Shown: positions 39,908 to 49,648 of the stretch, in pieces
Position numbering within the stretch: the stretch's first letter is position 1
Layout: every line of letters begins with the position of its first letter
Assembly (NCBI GenBank): GCA_049519175.1
Contig: JBEKQZ010000001.1
Location: 399,679 to 463,678, forward strand
Direction: 5' to 3'
From: Candidatus Levyibacteriota bacterium
Lineage (GTDB): Bacteria > Patescibacteriota > Microgenomatia > Levybacterales > UBA12049
DNA length: 64,000 nucleotides
The notes under the pieces: model-generated
Databases searched by the model: none
Told to the model about the DNA's origin: nothing
What the model saw: the letters and a program-made list of their open reading frames with translations, nothing else
Program-made: the position numbers and the translations under genes

Positions 39908-41239
39908 ATGCACCTGCCATATAGCATTATAAAAGACAGTTTTTTATCAACTAAACCAGACGATAAATGGTCCTTTAAGGAAGCAAAAAGATCAGAAACT
40001 AACTACATAAGTCATGGTTATCATAGGTATCCTGCAAAATTTATTCCTCAAATTGTTCATAAGTTAATACTAGAATATACTAAAGAAAACGATTTTGTTC
40101 TAGATCCTTTCGGAGGATGTGGTACCACATTAGTGGAGGCAAAGGTTCTCGGTAGGAAAAGTTTAGGATTCGATATAAATCCAGTTGCTAAACTTATTAC
40201 CGAAACTAAAATTACTCCTCTAAAACCCGAAAGGCTGGAAAAAAGTCTGCAAATTTTTGAAAAGAAATATATAAAAATTAACAAAGAGAATGTTACTTCC
40301 GAACACTCTGAGCGAATAAATTATTGGTTTGAGCCAAAAATTCAGGTAGAACTAGATAAATTATTAAATTCAATAAATACCATCAGTGATCTTAATATTA
40401 AAAGATTTTATCTATGTGCTTTTTCTCAAATCTTAAAAAATTGTTCCAAATGGCTAATGAAGAGTACAAAACCTCAAATAGACCCAAATAAAATCTCTCC
40501 CGATGTTTATACTACTTTTATTAGTCATTTAAAGAGAATGATGGTAAAAAATAAAGAGTTTTATTCAATGCTTGAAAATTCAAATAATTTAAAGACCTCA
40601 TCGAAAATGAAATTAAAGGATTCTACTAAGAAATTTTCCCTTGAAGCAAATTCTATTGATTTAATTATTACGTCTCCTCCTTATGTAACCTCTTATGAAT
40701 ATGCAGATTTACATCAACTAATTTTGTTATGGTTAGGAGAAAATCCTAAAAGATATTATAGATGGAGCAGATATGCTAAAGAATATCAGGCATTTAGAGA
40801 AAAATTTGTTGGGACAAAACTTGCTATTAATAAAAGAAACGAAAAATTTCTTGGTTTTTTTGCTCACCAAATTATTAATCAATTACCTGATACAAAAGAA
40901 TACGCAAAAAGCGTTGCTAAATATTTTTCTGACATGCAGAAGGCTATTTCTGAGATGTATAGAGTACTTAAACCAGAAAAGAGAGCTTGCCTAATTATAG
41001 GCAATACAACCCTGGCAGGAGTAGAGGTTAAAAATGCGGAGGTTGCAGTTGAGCAAATGCAAGATGCAGGATTCATCATCGAAAAAATAATTAAAAGAGA
41101 GTTATCTAATAAAATGATTACGCCCTGGAGAGATAAACAGAATGGAAGATTTACTAATGCATCAAATACTGAAAAAAAACGTGTGTATGAATACGAATTT
41201 ATTCTAATTGCCAGAAAACCATTAAAACTACCGAATTAA
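39908..41239 (+). CDS. DNA methyltransferase, alpha-order, likely N4-cytosine
   Basis: HGYHRYPAKF; DPFGGCGTT (motif I) before ITSPPY (motif IV). Confidence 0.9.
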   Translation: MHLPYSIIKDSFLSTKPDDKWSFKEAKRSETNYISHGYHRYPAKFIPQIVHKLILEYTKENDFVLDPFGGCGTTLVEAKVLGRKSLGFDINPVAKLITETKITPLKPERLEKSLQIFEKKYIKINKENVTSEHSERINYWFEPKIQVELDKLLNSINTISDLNIKRFYLCAFSQILKNCSKWLMKSTKPQIDPNKISPDVYTTFISHLKRMMVKNKEFYSMLENSNNLKTSSKMKLKDSTKKFSLEANSIDLIITSPPYVTSYEYADLHQLILLWLGENPKRYYRWSRYAKEYQAFREKFVGTKLAINKRNEKFLGFFAHQIINQLPDTKEYAKSVAKYFSDMQKAISEMYRVLKPEKRACLIIGNTTLAGVEVKNAEVAVEQMQDAGFIIEKIIKRELSNKMITPWRDKQNGRFTNASNTEKKRVYEYEFILIARKPLKLPN

Positions 41240-43765
41240 CTTTTTTATATTATTCAGAATTAGTTTTCTCATCCCTCTAATGGCCATATCGAATGTTTCC
41301 ATTTTAATATCAATCGTATCCCCATCGTTACTTTTCAGATTTTTTAATTCTAAATATAACCAAATTGAGGCAAAATATATTTGGTTAATTAAGTATTTCT
41401 GAGCTTTTTCTTTATTAACGATATCTAATTGTTTAAGTTCTTCGAATATAATTGAATCGACGTTTATGTATACCTTCTCGAGCTTACTCCATTGAGGGAT
41501 ACGGGCAATATTATGTATTTGAAAGGGTGGTTCCATATTATCCCAATCTTCTCTGCGAATCATTTTGGGTTCCGGAAGATTAAGATTCGGTTCATAATTA
41601 GGTGGAACAATTTCAACAGGTACAGCAACGTTAAATTTATGTCCTGCATCATCTGATACATTAATTCTAATATCTTCCACCTGTTCAATTCTGTCTCCCT
41701 TATGCTTAACACCTATTTCCAAAAAACCATCTGAAAGTTTTGTGTGCGTGAATTCAAAAACACTTGAGCCTAATACTTCAAGGGTACCTTTATCTTTTTC
41801 TCTAGTGAAATAATCGTTAACTACATCTGTTGATAAAATTAGTTTTCGCTCTGTCCCTACTGGAATTTTAAATACTTTCTTCGTTAGATTAAAATAAGTC
41901 GGAAAGTGTTCTCCCATATAATCAGGAGTATTGATTAGTTGAAACTTAACTACAGATGAAAACCTAATGCCTTTATTGGGTACTGTAAGTTGAAATGTAA
42001 TTTCAGATGTAGAACCTATCTCTATATACGGTTTTGCATCTATTCGAAAATTAATTACGCCCCTATGGATGCCACCGAATGTCACAAAGAATTTATCTGA
42101 CTCTGTCCAGTTATATTCACCTCTATCTTCAGCGCGTATAAATAAATCATCAGAAGCTTCTGTCTTAAAAGAAATTCTTGAAAATGTTTTCTCTTCAACA
42201 AATTTTGTATCTGATCCGACCAATTCAAATTTAGTAGGAAGATGTTCTCCCTGATATGGTACCTTGGATGTTCCTTTATCTTCTTGAGCAGGAAAGTCTT
42301 CACCTAAATCAAAAAGTTTTTTTAATTCGGGATCTTTTATGGCCTCTTTTGCTAATTGTTTTCTTAAATCTTTATCCTCAATTTCAGTATCCGCAGCTGT
42401 TAAGCTTCCATATTCTTCGTCAAGTTCCTTAAAAGAGTCTAAAAATATTTTTAATCTTTCAAGTGTTAATCTAGTTGTAGGAGTATTTCGAAACTGTTCT
42501 CTTCCGGAATGTAACATATTAGCTAGAGGAGCACTTATCTCAGATATGTCAACAAAGATAAACATATAAGGTGCTAAGTCAGGAAGTCCACAATACTCCC
42601 TTAGCCATGAAGCGTTTTCCGAATGTAATGTCATACCATTGCGAATAAAAAATATTTTTTCCTTTTGGGCTAAATAAGAATCTATATTTTCCTTGTGTTT
42701 CGATTTATGTTGCAGAATAAATATTCGAATAGCTTTTTTCCCAATTTCGCCCAAGTCGACAGGATAATCATTAGGAAACCCAGGATGCATAATTTTTGAA
42801 TCCAAACGCTCCATTTTCTCTCTAAATCCAAAAATTGTATATTCGGTCCCACCTCCGTAATTTCGCAACTCATTTAAAAACATTGGTAAAGGAGAATAGG
42901 AGAGTTTTTTTTCTATTGCCTCATTTAATCCACGGAACACAATATTTCCTGCATTTGTTAATTCATAACCATAAAGGCGTATTACGCAGCCCTCCGAAAA
43001 ATCAAAACCATTAATTCTTATTGGTTCATTAAATGAAAAGCGTGGTATCTTATTGTCTTTGTCAACAAAATACTCGTAAGTAAAATTGCCTCCCTCTTCG
43101 TCATAGCGAGATCTTACAATAGTAAAACCAAAACAGCCCGAATCCGCTTCCTTATCTGAAATTGATTGTGCTCTGCGGCAAATTACTAATTGGATGTAGT
43201 CAACTATATTGCTGCTATCATGACAAAAGCCTAAAGCACTTGATCCACCCTGATTGTATGTCCCATAGACAAACCTAATTTTCTTTTTTATTTCTTGTTG
43301 CAAGCTTAGAATTGTTTTAGGAATTGCGTCTGGGGTTTGACCTTCTCCAGTATCAAGTATCGTAATTGTGGGTTTTTCTCTCTTTCCTTCGGCTGTAACT
43401 CTTATCATTTGCTTAGCAAGCTCAGATCTGTTTTTACGTATCTGTTCTCTACCACCAAAATAAATATTAATAGCATCTTCCATATCTTTTGGAGATTTAG
43501 TTTGGTCTTTTGGATCAATGCCAGATTCTTGGCATTTTCTCATCAATATAGCGTCAATAGAATTTGTTATTTTTTCAATCAAAGAATTTTCAGGCTCTCT
43601 CATTTGCCCATTAACTATTCCTGTATTATTAGAGAATCCACCGTAAGGTAACCATTTTCCTTGAGAAAAGTAGATTTCTTTTTCAATAAGCTCTCTAAGT
43701 TTTTCTCCTGTATCACATTGAAGGATTTTTAAGAGTAAACTTTTCTGAGCTTCTTCGTTACTCAT
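41228..43765 (-). CDS. GHKL (MORC/HSP90-like) ATPase with a duplicated C-terminal beta domain
   Basis: EKITNSIDA, DTGEG, GTYNQGG Bergerat motifs; repeats YQGEHLPTKF and YMGEHFPTYF. Confidence 0.75.
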   Translation of the reverse strand: MSNEEAQKSLLLKILQCDTGEKLRELIEKEIYFSQGKWLPYGGFSNNTGIVNGQMREPENSLIEKITNSIDAILMRKCQESGIDPKDQTKSPKDMEDAINIYFGGREQIRKNRSELAKQMIRVTAEGKREKPTITILDTGEGQTPDAIPKTILSLQQEIKKKIRFVYGTYNQGGSSALGFCHDSSNIVDYIQLVICRRAQSISDKEADSGCFGFTIVRSRYDEEGGNFTYEYFVDKDNKIPRFSFNEPIRINGFDFSEGCVIRLYGYELTNAGNIVFRGLNEAIEKKLSYSPLPMFLNELRNYGGGTEYTIFGFREKMERLDSKIMHPGFPNDYPVDLGEIGKKAIRIFILQHKSKHKENIDSYLAQKEKIFFIRNGMTLHSENASWLREYCGLPDLAPYMFIFVDISEISAPLANMLHSGREQFRNTPTTRLTLERLKIFLDSFKELDEEYGSLTAADTEIEDKDLRKQLAKEAIKDPELKKLFDLGEDFPAQEDKGTSKVPYQGEHLPTKFELVGSDTKFVEEKTFSRISFKTEASDDLFIRAEDRGEYNWTESDKFFVTFGGIHRGVINFRIDAKPYIEIGSTSEITFQLTVPNKGIRFSSVVKFQLINTPDYMGEHFPTYFNLTKKVFKIPVGTERKLILSTDVVNDYFTREKDKGTLEVLGSSVFEFTHTKLSDGFLEIGVKHKGDRIEQVEDIRINVSDDAGHKFNVAVPVEIVPPNYEPNLNLPEPKMIRREDWDNMEPPFQIHNIARIPQWSKLEKVYINVDSIIFEELKQLDIVNKEKAQKYLINQIYFASIWLYLELKNLKSNDGDTIDIKMETFDMAIRGMRKLILNNIKKLIR

Positions 43766-43971
43766 AGTTTAAATTTTTCGTGTTTACCGTAAAATTTTCC
43801 CTTTGTAATCTTTAATTGATGCTCAACTGCCTTAAAAATTTTATTAATATCACTGTCATTATAATCATAATAACTTTTATTAGACAAATTCCCCAATATT
43901 CTTAGTTGATTCAGTACATTGTTTACCCTTTTATTTCCAAGTCTTTTAAATCTTTGTTTTCTTGTTTCCAT
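43762..43971 (-). CDS. Small basic helical protein translationally coupled to the GHKL ATPase
   Basis: METRKQRFKRL..KRVN..L..LR.LGNLSN..YDY; ATGA overlap with next gene. Confidence 0.75.
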   Translation of the reverse strand: METRKQRFKRLGNKRVNNVLNQLRILGNLSNKSYYDYNDSDINKIFKAVEHQLKITKGKFYGKHEKFKL

Positions 43972-44087
43972 TTTATTTATTATAGCACCTTTATATAAAT
44001 AGTACAATCATTTATAAAAAATAGAGGGTGTATAAAAAAATAGACAAATTTAGCAATGTATTTAAGATAAAAGCGTTTGATTTGTTA

Positions 44088-45608
44088 TTACCACCAACCG
44101 TTTTTAGCCCTTTCGTTTTGTTCGGCAATCAATTTTAAATCTGCCTCCATTTCTAATTTCTTTAGTTTTTCAGGATCTTTAAGCACTTCTTTTATCTCCC
44201 TATCCTTTTCCTGATAATAAGATTGCGGAAGCGCTTCGGGAGTTTCAATGGGAAACCAGGAGAATCTACTTTTATATGACAAAACAGCATATCGAAGTGC
44301 TGCCAGTAAATCAAAGTGTCCCTTAGGATCTCTTGTATCATCAAGAATAGTTGAATTAGTGCCATCAGTGGCTTCCTTATAAGAAAGTGTTTCCAATTCT
44401 TCTATGAGAAGTTGATTTTCTGCAGTCCGAAGAATAAAAAATGTAGGGGCATTTTCAATTACTTTTCCGTTTGGCAATATAACCGTATGCCCTTCACGAG
44501 GTTGAAGTTTTTGGTTTATTTGATCTATGCCAAGCTGCAGCCAATTCGTACCGGAGGTGTTTGCATCTTTTCGAGCCGCCTCTATGTTGATTCCTTTATT
44601 TTTAAATTCCCTGATCCATTGGGCCCCGCTTGGGTCACCGTAACCATACACGTTAGGAAATCCATAATCTTGCCTTTGGATATTTTCTACATGTTGATCG
44701 ATAGATAACTCTGCCTTTTTATAACATATTTCCACAAGCCAGTTATCATCTGGATCTATCGCTATACGAAGGGAGGCTGTCGGATGACTACTTCCAAAAT
44801 CCCACCCTCTTATTCTCCTCCAGTCTTTTGGAATTTCAAAAAATGGAATTATGTGTGTTTCACGGGAGAATAATTTATGCACAAGTCCCGTAAATTTAGT
44901 AAACATTGCCAGATATTCTTGGCTAAATGCATCTTCTGTCAGTTGTCTTCTGGCTGCTTCTATTTCCTCATGTCTAATATATCCGCCGTTATGGTCTTTA
45001 CAATTTTGTTCCGTTTCGTAGCGATAAGTAATAAAATCCTCATCTAAAACAACTCCCTCAGCCTCTCCTTCAATGATGCCATTGTGATCTCCGAGTTTTG
45101 CAAGGGTATGAAATATGTTGTAACCACGCGGTTTGCTTATAAAAATAGCCGGGGATTGATGGTCTGAAAGCATCGGCCTTAAGGTTTTTTCCCAAAGGGA
45201 TTGGAAATGGGGAATTGCCGCTACTTCATCCACAATTAATCCCCCTAATGCAATTCCTTCAAGAGATAACGGATTATCAGCTCCTTTTAAAACTATTTTT
45301 GCCCCATTTATTAATTGCAATGTTAATTCGTTTTCGTTTGGTTTCTTCTTCCATAATTCTTTTGGCGTGTATTTTAATAGTAAGTCCCAAGCGATGGTTT
45401 TAGCTTGGTGATAGTATGGCGCGACATACCAGTAAGGAACTTGAAGATTTCTGGAAAAGGCAAGTTTTAAAAGTTCATTTACCGAAAACGTAGTTTTTCC
45501 GGCCCTTCTGCCGGCCACAATTGTACGGAAACGATGCTGATCATCATGTAATTTCTGCTGATAAGGCAGTGGAGTATAGTTAATTATGACTTTTACTATA
45601 TTTTCCAT
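44088..45608 (-). CDS. terL: Phage terminase large subunit
   Basis: AGRRAGKT Walker A, IVDE Walker B, FSQEYLA, GWDFG nuclease, C-terminal H.D.LAALRYA. Confidence 0.92.
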   Translation of the reverse strand: MENIVKVIINYTPLPYQQKLHDDQHRFRTIVAGRRAGKTTFSVNELLKLAFSRNLQVPYWYVAPYYHQAKTIAWDLLLKYTPKELWKKKPNENELTLQLINGAKIVLKGADNPLSLEGIALGGLIVDEVAAIPHFQSLWEKTLRPMLSDHQSPAIFISKPRGYNIFHTLAKLGDHNGIIEGEAEGVVLDEDFITYRYETEQNCKDHNGGYIRHEEIEAARRQLTEDAFSQEYLAMFTKFTGLVHKLFSRETHIIPFFEIPKDWRRIRGWDFGSSHPTASLRIAIDPDDNWLVEICYKKAELSIDQHVENIQRQDYGFPNVYGYGDPSGAQWIREFKNKGINIEAARKDANTSGTNWLQLGIDQINQKLQPREGHTVILPNGKVIENAPTFFILRTAENQLLIEELETLSYKEATDGTNSTILDDTRDPKGHFDLLAALRYAVLSYKSRFSWFPIETPEALPQSYYQEKDREIKEVLKDPEKLKKLEMEADLKLIAEQNERAKNGWW

Positions 45609-45618
45609 AAATAATTAC

Positions 45619-45990
45619 CTATTTGGTAACTTCCTCTCCGTTTAACCACGAAACGATAATTTTTCTATTGTCTCCGACATTTACTTCTGTTTTTAATTCG
45701 CTCCTATATTGAGGGTGGTGGTTTTTCAACCAAAATATAATGGCGGTTAAATCCTGTTCTTTTATCCGGGAGATCAAATGTGATTCCGCTAAATCATTAA
45801 TAAGGCTTGCTCCTTGAGTTAAAGCTTCATCTGCCTCTTTGGCAAAAGTTTTATCTTTTTCTTTCCAACGATAAAACGTTGCACGGGATACTCCTGTTCT
45901 TTCGCAAACTATTTGGACTATTGGCGTTTTCCTTAATAAATCCAATACATCCTGTTTTTGCTTTTCCTGTCTTACCTCAATACTCTTCAT
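45619..45990 (-). CDS. HTH protein, probable terminase small subunit
   Basis: CERTGVSRATFYRW...F, AIIFWLK; immediately upstream of terL. Confidence 0.8.
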   Translation of the reverse strand: MKSIEVRQEKQKQDVLDLLRKTPIVQIVCERTGVSRATFYRWKEKDKTFAKEADEALTQGASLINDLAESHLISRIKEQDLTAIIFWLKNHHPQYRSELKTEVNVGDNRKIIVSWLNGEEVTK

Positions 45991-47363
45991 ATTAGCTTTA
46001 CTGCTTTTCTCCCGGTTAATTTTTCCCATCTGTAACGAATTACCTCGGCATAAGTTGGGCTTTTTTCCATTACGAAGCATCTTCTTTTAATTTTTTCTGC
46101 TGCAATTAAAGTTGAACCACTTCCACCAAAAGGTTCAATAATTAAATCGTGTCTTTTTGTCAGAACTTTAAGGTAGGGAACGATGATTTCGAGGGGTTTC
46201 GTTCCAAAAACCACTGACTGCCCGCTACTTTTTTCATCACTAGCATTAAATTCAACGAAATCAGTCGGCTGAACTCTTTTGTTTTTTTGGTATCCTTCCC
46301 AGTGTGGTTTACCAGAAATCGCATACAAGGCTGTTTGGTAAGTTTCTTCAAGCCCATCAGATTCTACTTCATAATTAAATTCTATGTCGGTATTCTTACT
46401 CGCACCGCAGAGAGCAATGTCGTGTTTTGAGAAAAATCGATATTTTGAGCTGAATCCCTGATGCCTATTGGGTAGGTGCCAAACAATCATGTTTTTAACT
46501 TTCCAGTACTTTTCCATTACTCCCCAAATTATGCGTATATTCTTCCAATTCTCATAGCAAATAATAGAAAAGTGTTCTTTTTGCACCTTATTTATATTTG
46601 ACATCCACTTTTCAGTAAAATCAGGAGGCAAGACGTCGGTTTCAAGATATCGACGGTCACGTTTAGCACCAAAACCTGTAATTGCACCGTTCTTTTTCTT
46701 TTTACCATGTAGATAGTCCAGAATGTAGGGAGGGTCGGTAAAGCACATATCCGCTTTTTCGTCTCCCATTAGCTTTAAGACGTCGTCTTCTACTGTCGAA
46801 TCTCCGGCCATTAATTTATTTTCCCCAAGCTTCCAAACATCGCCCTTTTTAATTTGTATATTCGCGATATTCAGCTTCCTAAGTTCTTTTTCAAGATCAA
46901 ATTGTTCCGGACTTTCTTCAATGTCAAATATTTCATCAAGTTCTTCACTAGAAAAGCCAACGTCTGATAGGAAATTTTCGTCAAATTCGGCAAGAAGATC
47001 CATATCCCAGTCGCCTAAGTTTTTATTTAGCCTCAGGTTAAGTTCTTTTTCTTTTTCTATTTCAGGGATATTAACAAATACCACGGGAATTTCTTTGAAT
47101 CCTAAATCCTTGGTGACTTTAAGGCGAAAATGGCCTCCGACAACAATATTCTTTCTGCCTGGAGCAGAGTTGACAATAATTGGATCTACAATCCCGAAGC
47201 GTTTAATGCTTTCAGTAAGATCCTCAATTGCTTTCTGATCCCATTTTCGGGGATTATACGGAGCCGGGTTGAGTTCGCTTACGGGAAGATAATGAATAGC
47301 CAAATCGCTTCTTTTGGAAGTTAAGGCTTTAGCTTTGTTGTTTAAAGTATTTTTTAGATACAT
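45987..47363 (-). CDS. ParB-like N-terminal domain plus beta-class DNA methyltransferase
   Basis: PAPYNPR, GGHFRL (ParB); TDPPY, then EPFGGSGST. Confidence 0.92.
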   Translation of the reverse strand: MYLKNTLNNKAKALTSKRSDLAIHYLPVSELNPAPYNPRKWDQKAIEDLTESIKRFGIVDPIIVNSAPGRKNIVVGGHFRLKVTKDLGFKEIPVVFVNIPEIEKEKELNLRLNKNLGDWDMDLLAEFDENFLSDVGFSSEELDEIFDIEESPEQFDLEKELRKLNIANIQIKKGDVWKLGENKLMAGDSTVEDDVLKLMGDEKADMCFTDPPYILDYLHGKKKKNGAITGFGAKRDRRYLETDVLPPDFTEKWMSNINKVQKEHFSIICYENWKNIRIIWGVMEKYWKVKNMIVWHLPNRHQGFSSKYRFFSKHDIALCGASKNTDIEFNYEVESDGLEETYQTALYAISGKPHWEGYQKNKRVQPTDFVEFNASDEKSSGQSVVFGTKPLEIIVPYLKVLTKRHDLIIEPFGGSGSTLIAAEKIKRRCFVMEKSPTYAEVIRYRWEKLTGRKAVKLI

Positions 47364-47696
47364 TCTAATTATACACCCTTTTTAAGGAAAATTTTTAATC
47401 CTACTTTATTTACGTTTAGCTTGGAATGACAAACTAAACCTTTCTATTCTAGATTGTTTAGTTTTGCCAAAGAAAGTTTTTTGTCAAGCGTTTGTCAAGG
47501 GTTTTAGGATAAATTGCCTTCAGTCGCACTCGCAAGAGCTACTCGGACAAGGATTACAAGCAAGAAAGCGTTCTAAACGATAGATTTTTCTTGAAATTTC
47601 TGCTATAATTTGCATACAAAAATCCGGATACAATCTTGTATCTGGATGACAGGATAACTGCCACCCACCTAAATTGCCTCCGGATATTTTTTGGAT

Positions 47697-48263
47697 ATGA
47701 AATGCTGTCAGTGTGATAAAAAAGCAATATTTACGTATGACTTCGGTCCTCTTTGTGTGGACTGTAATTTCAAATTTCAACAAGCGAGCGAAATAAGGCA
47801 GTCTCAAGATGAGAGAATGATAAATTATTTAAAAGATGTTATGTATGATACCGCTGGGTTACCTAGAACAGGTGCGAGATTTCCAGAAAGAAGACCACCC
47901 GTTCTTCATACGGGACCCGTAAACATGCAGTCGGTTGTACTCAATAATAGTGTTGTTGGAAACATAAACCAGGGCACGGTTTCAAGTCTTAATGCAACCC
48001 TTCAAAATGTTACAGTTGCAAACTATACTTATGCAGAACAAATAAAAAATTTTGCGGAATCAGTTGCCAGAGATGGAGAATTAAGTAAAGAAACTAAAGA
48101 TGAAGTACTTCAAAAATTAGATTTTCTTGCTCAACAAATTAATCAGCAACAAATGAACGCCCCAGTAATTAAAACTATTATTTCTTCTATCACCACGGCA
48201 ATTAACATTTCAGCCGGGCTTGCCACCTTATGGATGGCTTTAAGCCCTATATTTATAAGGTGA
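47697..48263 (+). CDS. Hypothetical protein with N-terminal Zn-finger
   Basis: CCQC...CVDC; helical C-terminus. Confidence 0.6.
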   Translation: MKCCQCDKKAIFTYDFGPLCVDCNFKFQQASEIRQSQDERMINYLKDVMYDTAGLPRTGARFPERRPPVLHTGPVNMQSVVLNNSVVGNINQGTVSSLNATLQNVTVANYTYAEQIKNFAESVARDGELSKETKDEVLQKLDFLAQQINQQQMNAPVIKTIISSITTAINISAGLATLWMALSPIFIR

Positions 48264-48278
48264 AGCGGGGTGATACAT

Positions 48279-48470
48279 ATGCCACTCGGAAAACATACAA
48301 GAACAGAGAAAGGGCCTATTAGGAAAGAACGGGCAGACTCTTTAGTAAAAAATCTCAAAGAAGATTACCCAGTTTTAGACCAATTCGATGATAGAACCCA
48401 ATTGGGTACGCTTCGCGATAGGTATGGAGTAAATTCTTTGGATCAACTCCTTAAAAAGTTAAGAAAATAG
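48279..48470 (+). CDS. Small hypothetical protein
   Basis: 63 aa; GGGGTG SD. Confidence 0.6.
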   Translation: MPLGKHTRTEKGPIRKERADSLVKNLKEDYPVLDQFDDRTQLGTLRDRYGVNSLDQLLKKLRK

Positions 48471-48491
48471 ATTTTCATTAAAGAACATATT

Positions 48492-49124
48492 ATGAAAAAA
48501 ATTGTTCACACTGACGCGCAAATTAAGAGTTATTTGGATACAATTAAGAATTCTATTGAAGGAGATGTTGGGAAAGCTTTACCAGTTTATTCCTCTATTC
48601 CTTGTGGATTTTTTGCAGTTCCACGGTTACTATTCCCTGAAATTGATGGACTGGGTTCATATTTAACAGGAAAGCCAGAGGCAACTGTAGAAAATATAAC
48701 AACTTATTTAAGATTAATTTTATCAAAACTCGATGCTCGTTATTCTAAATATGCTGTATTTATAACATTTGTTTATAGGCATGGTTTATTGCATCAACAC
48801 GCACCTAAAAATTTTGAATATAAGAAAAAAGATATTAGCTGGATGTTTAATATTAATAACCCTAATAACCCAATAGATGTTCAACGTGAATTTCATTTAC
48901 GTTTTGAGCATAATTTTCTTCAAATAGATATGAATGTATTCTATAAAGATGTAGTTGATTCAATAGATCTAGCTTATGAAGAAATAATAAAATCCTATAA
49001 AGAAAAATTTGACCGATCCGTTTTTATTCAGGCATCTCCCCTTAATAAAACTAATATTCTAAAAAGAAAACAATACGCTAAATTTATAAAGAATTCAGAT
49101 TTTACATTCTTCAAAAAAATTTGA
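48492..49124 (+). CDS. Hypothetical protein with HEPN-like Rx4H motif
   Basis: YRHGLLH; upstream EIDGLG helix. Confidence 0.55.
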   Translation: MKKIVHTDAQIKSYLDTIKNSIEGDVGKALPVYSSIPCGFFAVPRLLFPEIDGLGSYLTGKPEATVENITTYLRLILSKLDARYSKYAVFITFVYRHGLLHQHAPKNFEYKKKDISWMFNINNPNNPIDVQREFHLRFEHNFLQIDMNVFYKDVVDSIDLAYEEIIKSYKEKFDRSVFIQASPLNKTNILKRKQYAKFIKNSDFTFFKKI

Positions 49125-49133
49125 CAATCTATC

Positions 49134-49526
49134 GTGTATACCGTAACTGTTGACATAAATTCAGATTCGCCCAAGATAAGAGCTCTTGAAGCAAAAGGGA
49201 TTATAAAAATTTACAGAATAAGAATTGAGAATAATAAAAATAAACAGAGCGCTATTTTACCAACTAGCGTTCTTGGACGAACTGTTTTAGGTCAAATGCG
49301 CTTTGGATCAGATCAGCAAACTAAAGTATTTAACAAGTTAAAGAAAATTATTGGAATAAATAATATCAATGATTGTATTCATTTAGAAGCACACATAAGA
49401 GATAGGCGAGACTATTTCGTAACCGAGGACCATGATATCTTAGATGCGAGAACTCAATTAAAAGAAGACTTTCCGGAATTAGAGATTAGAACTGTTAACG
49501 AAATCATTAATGAACTCCAAACTTAG
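49134..49526 (+). CDS. PIN-domain-like protein
   Basis: N-terminal VDIN; DCIHL...DYFVTED motif. Confidence 0.6.
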   Translation: MYTVTVDINSDSPKIRALEAKGIIKIYRIRIENNKNKQSAILPTSVLGRTVLGQMRFGSDQQTKVFNKLKKIIGINNINDCIHLEAHIRDRRDYFVTEDHDILDARTQLKEDFPELEIRTVNEIINELQT

Positions 49527-49648
49527 CTAGATTTTATTATTTTACCAAGGCTTGCGTTGCACAACTCAAGGTGAGAGACGCTAAATATAAGATTTGACAT
49601 AAGGATTTAAAAAGCTTATATAAGTAATAGAGTATTATATTTTTCGGA

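Noticed and set aside
44088-47363. Complete prophage
   Set aside because: No portal, capsid, tail, lysis or replication genes in the flanks
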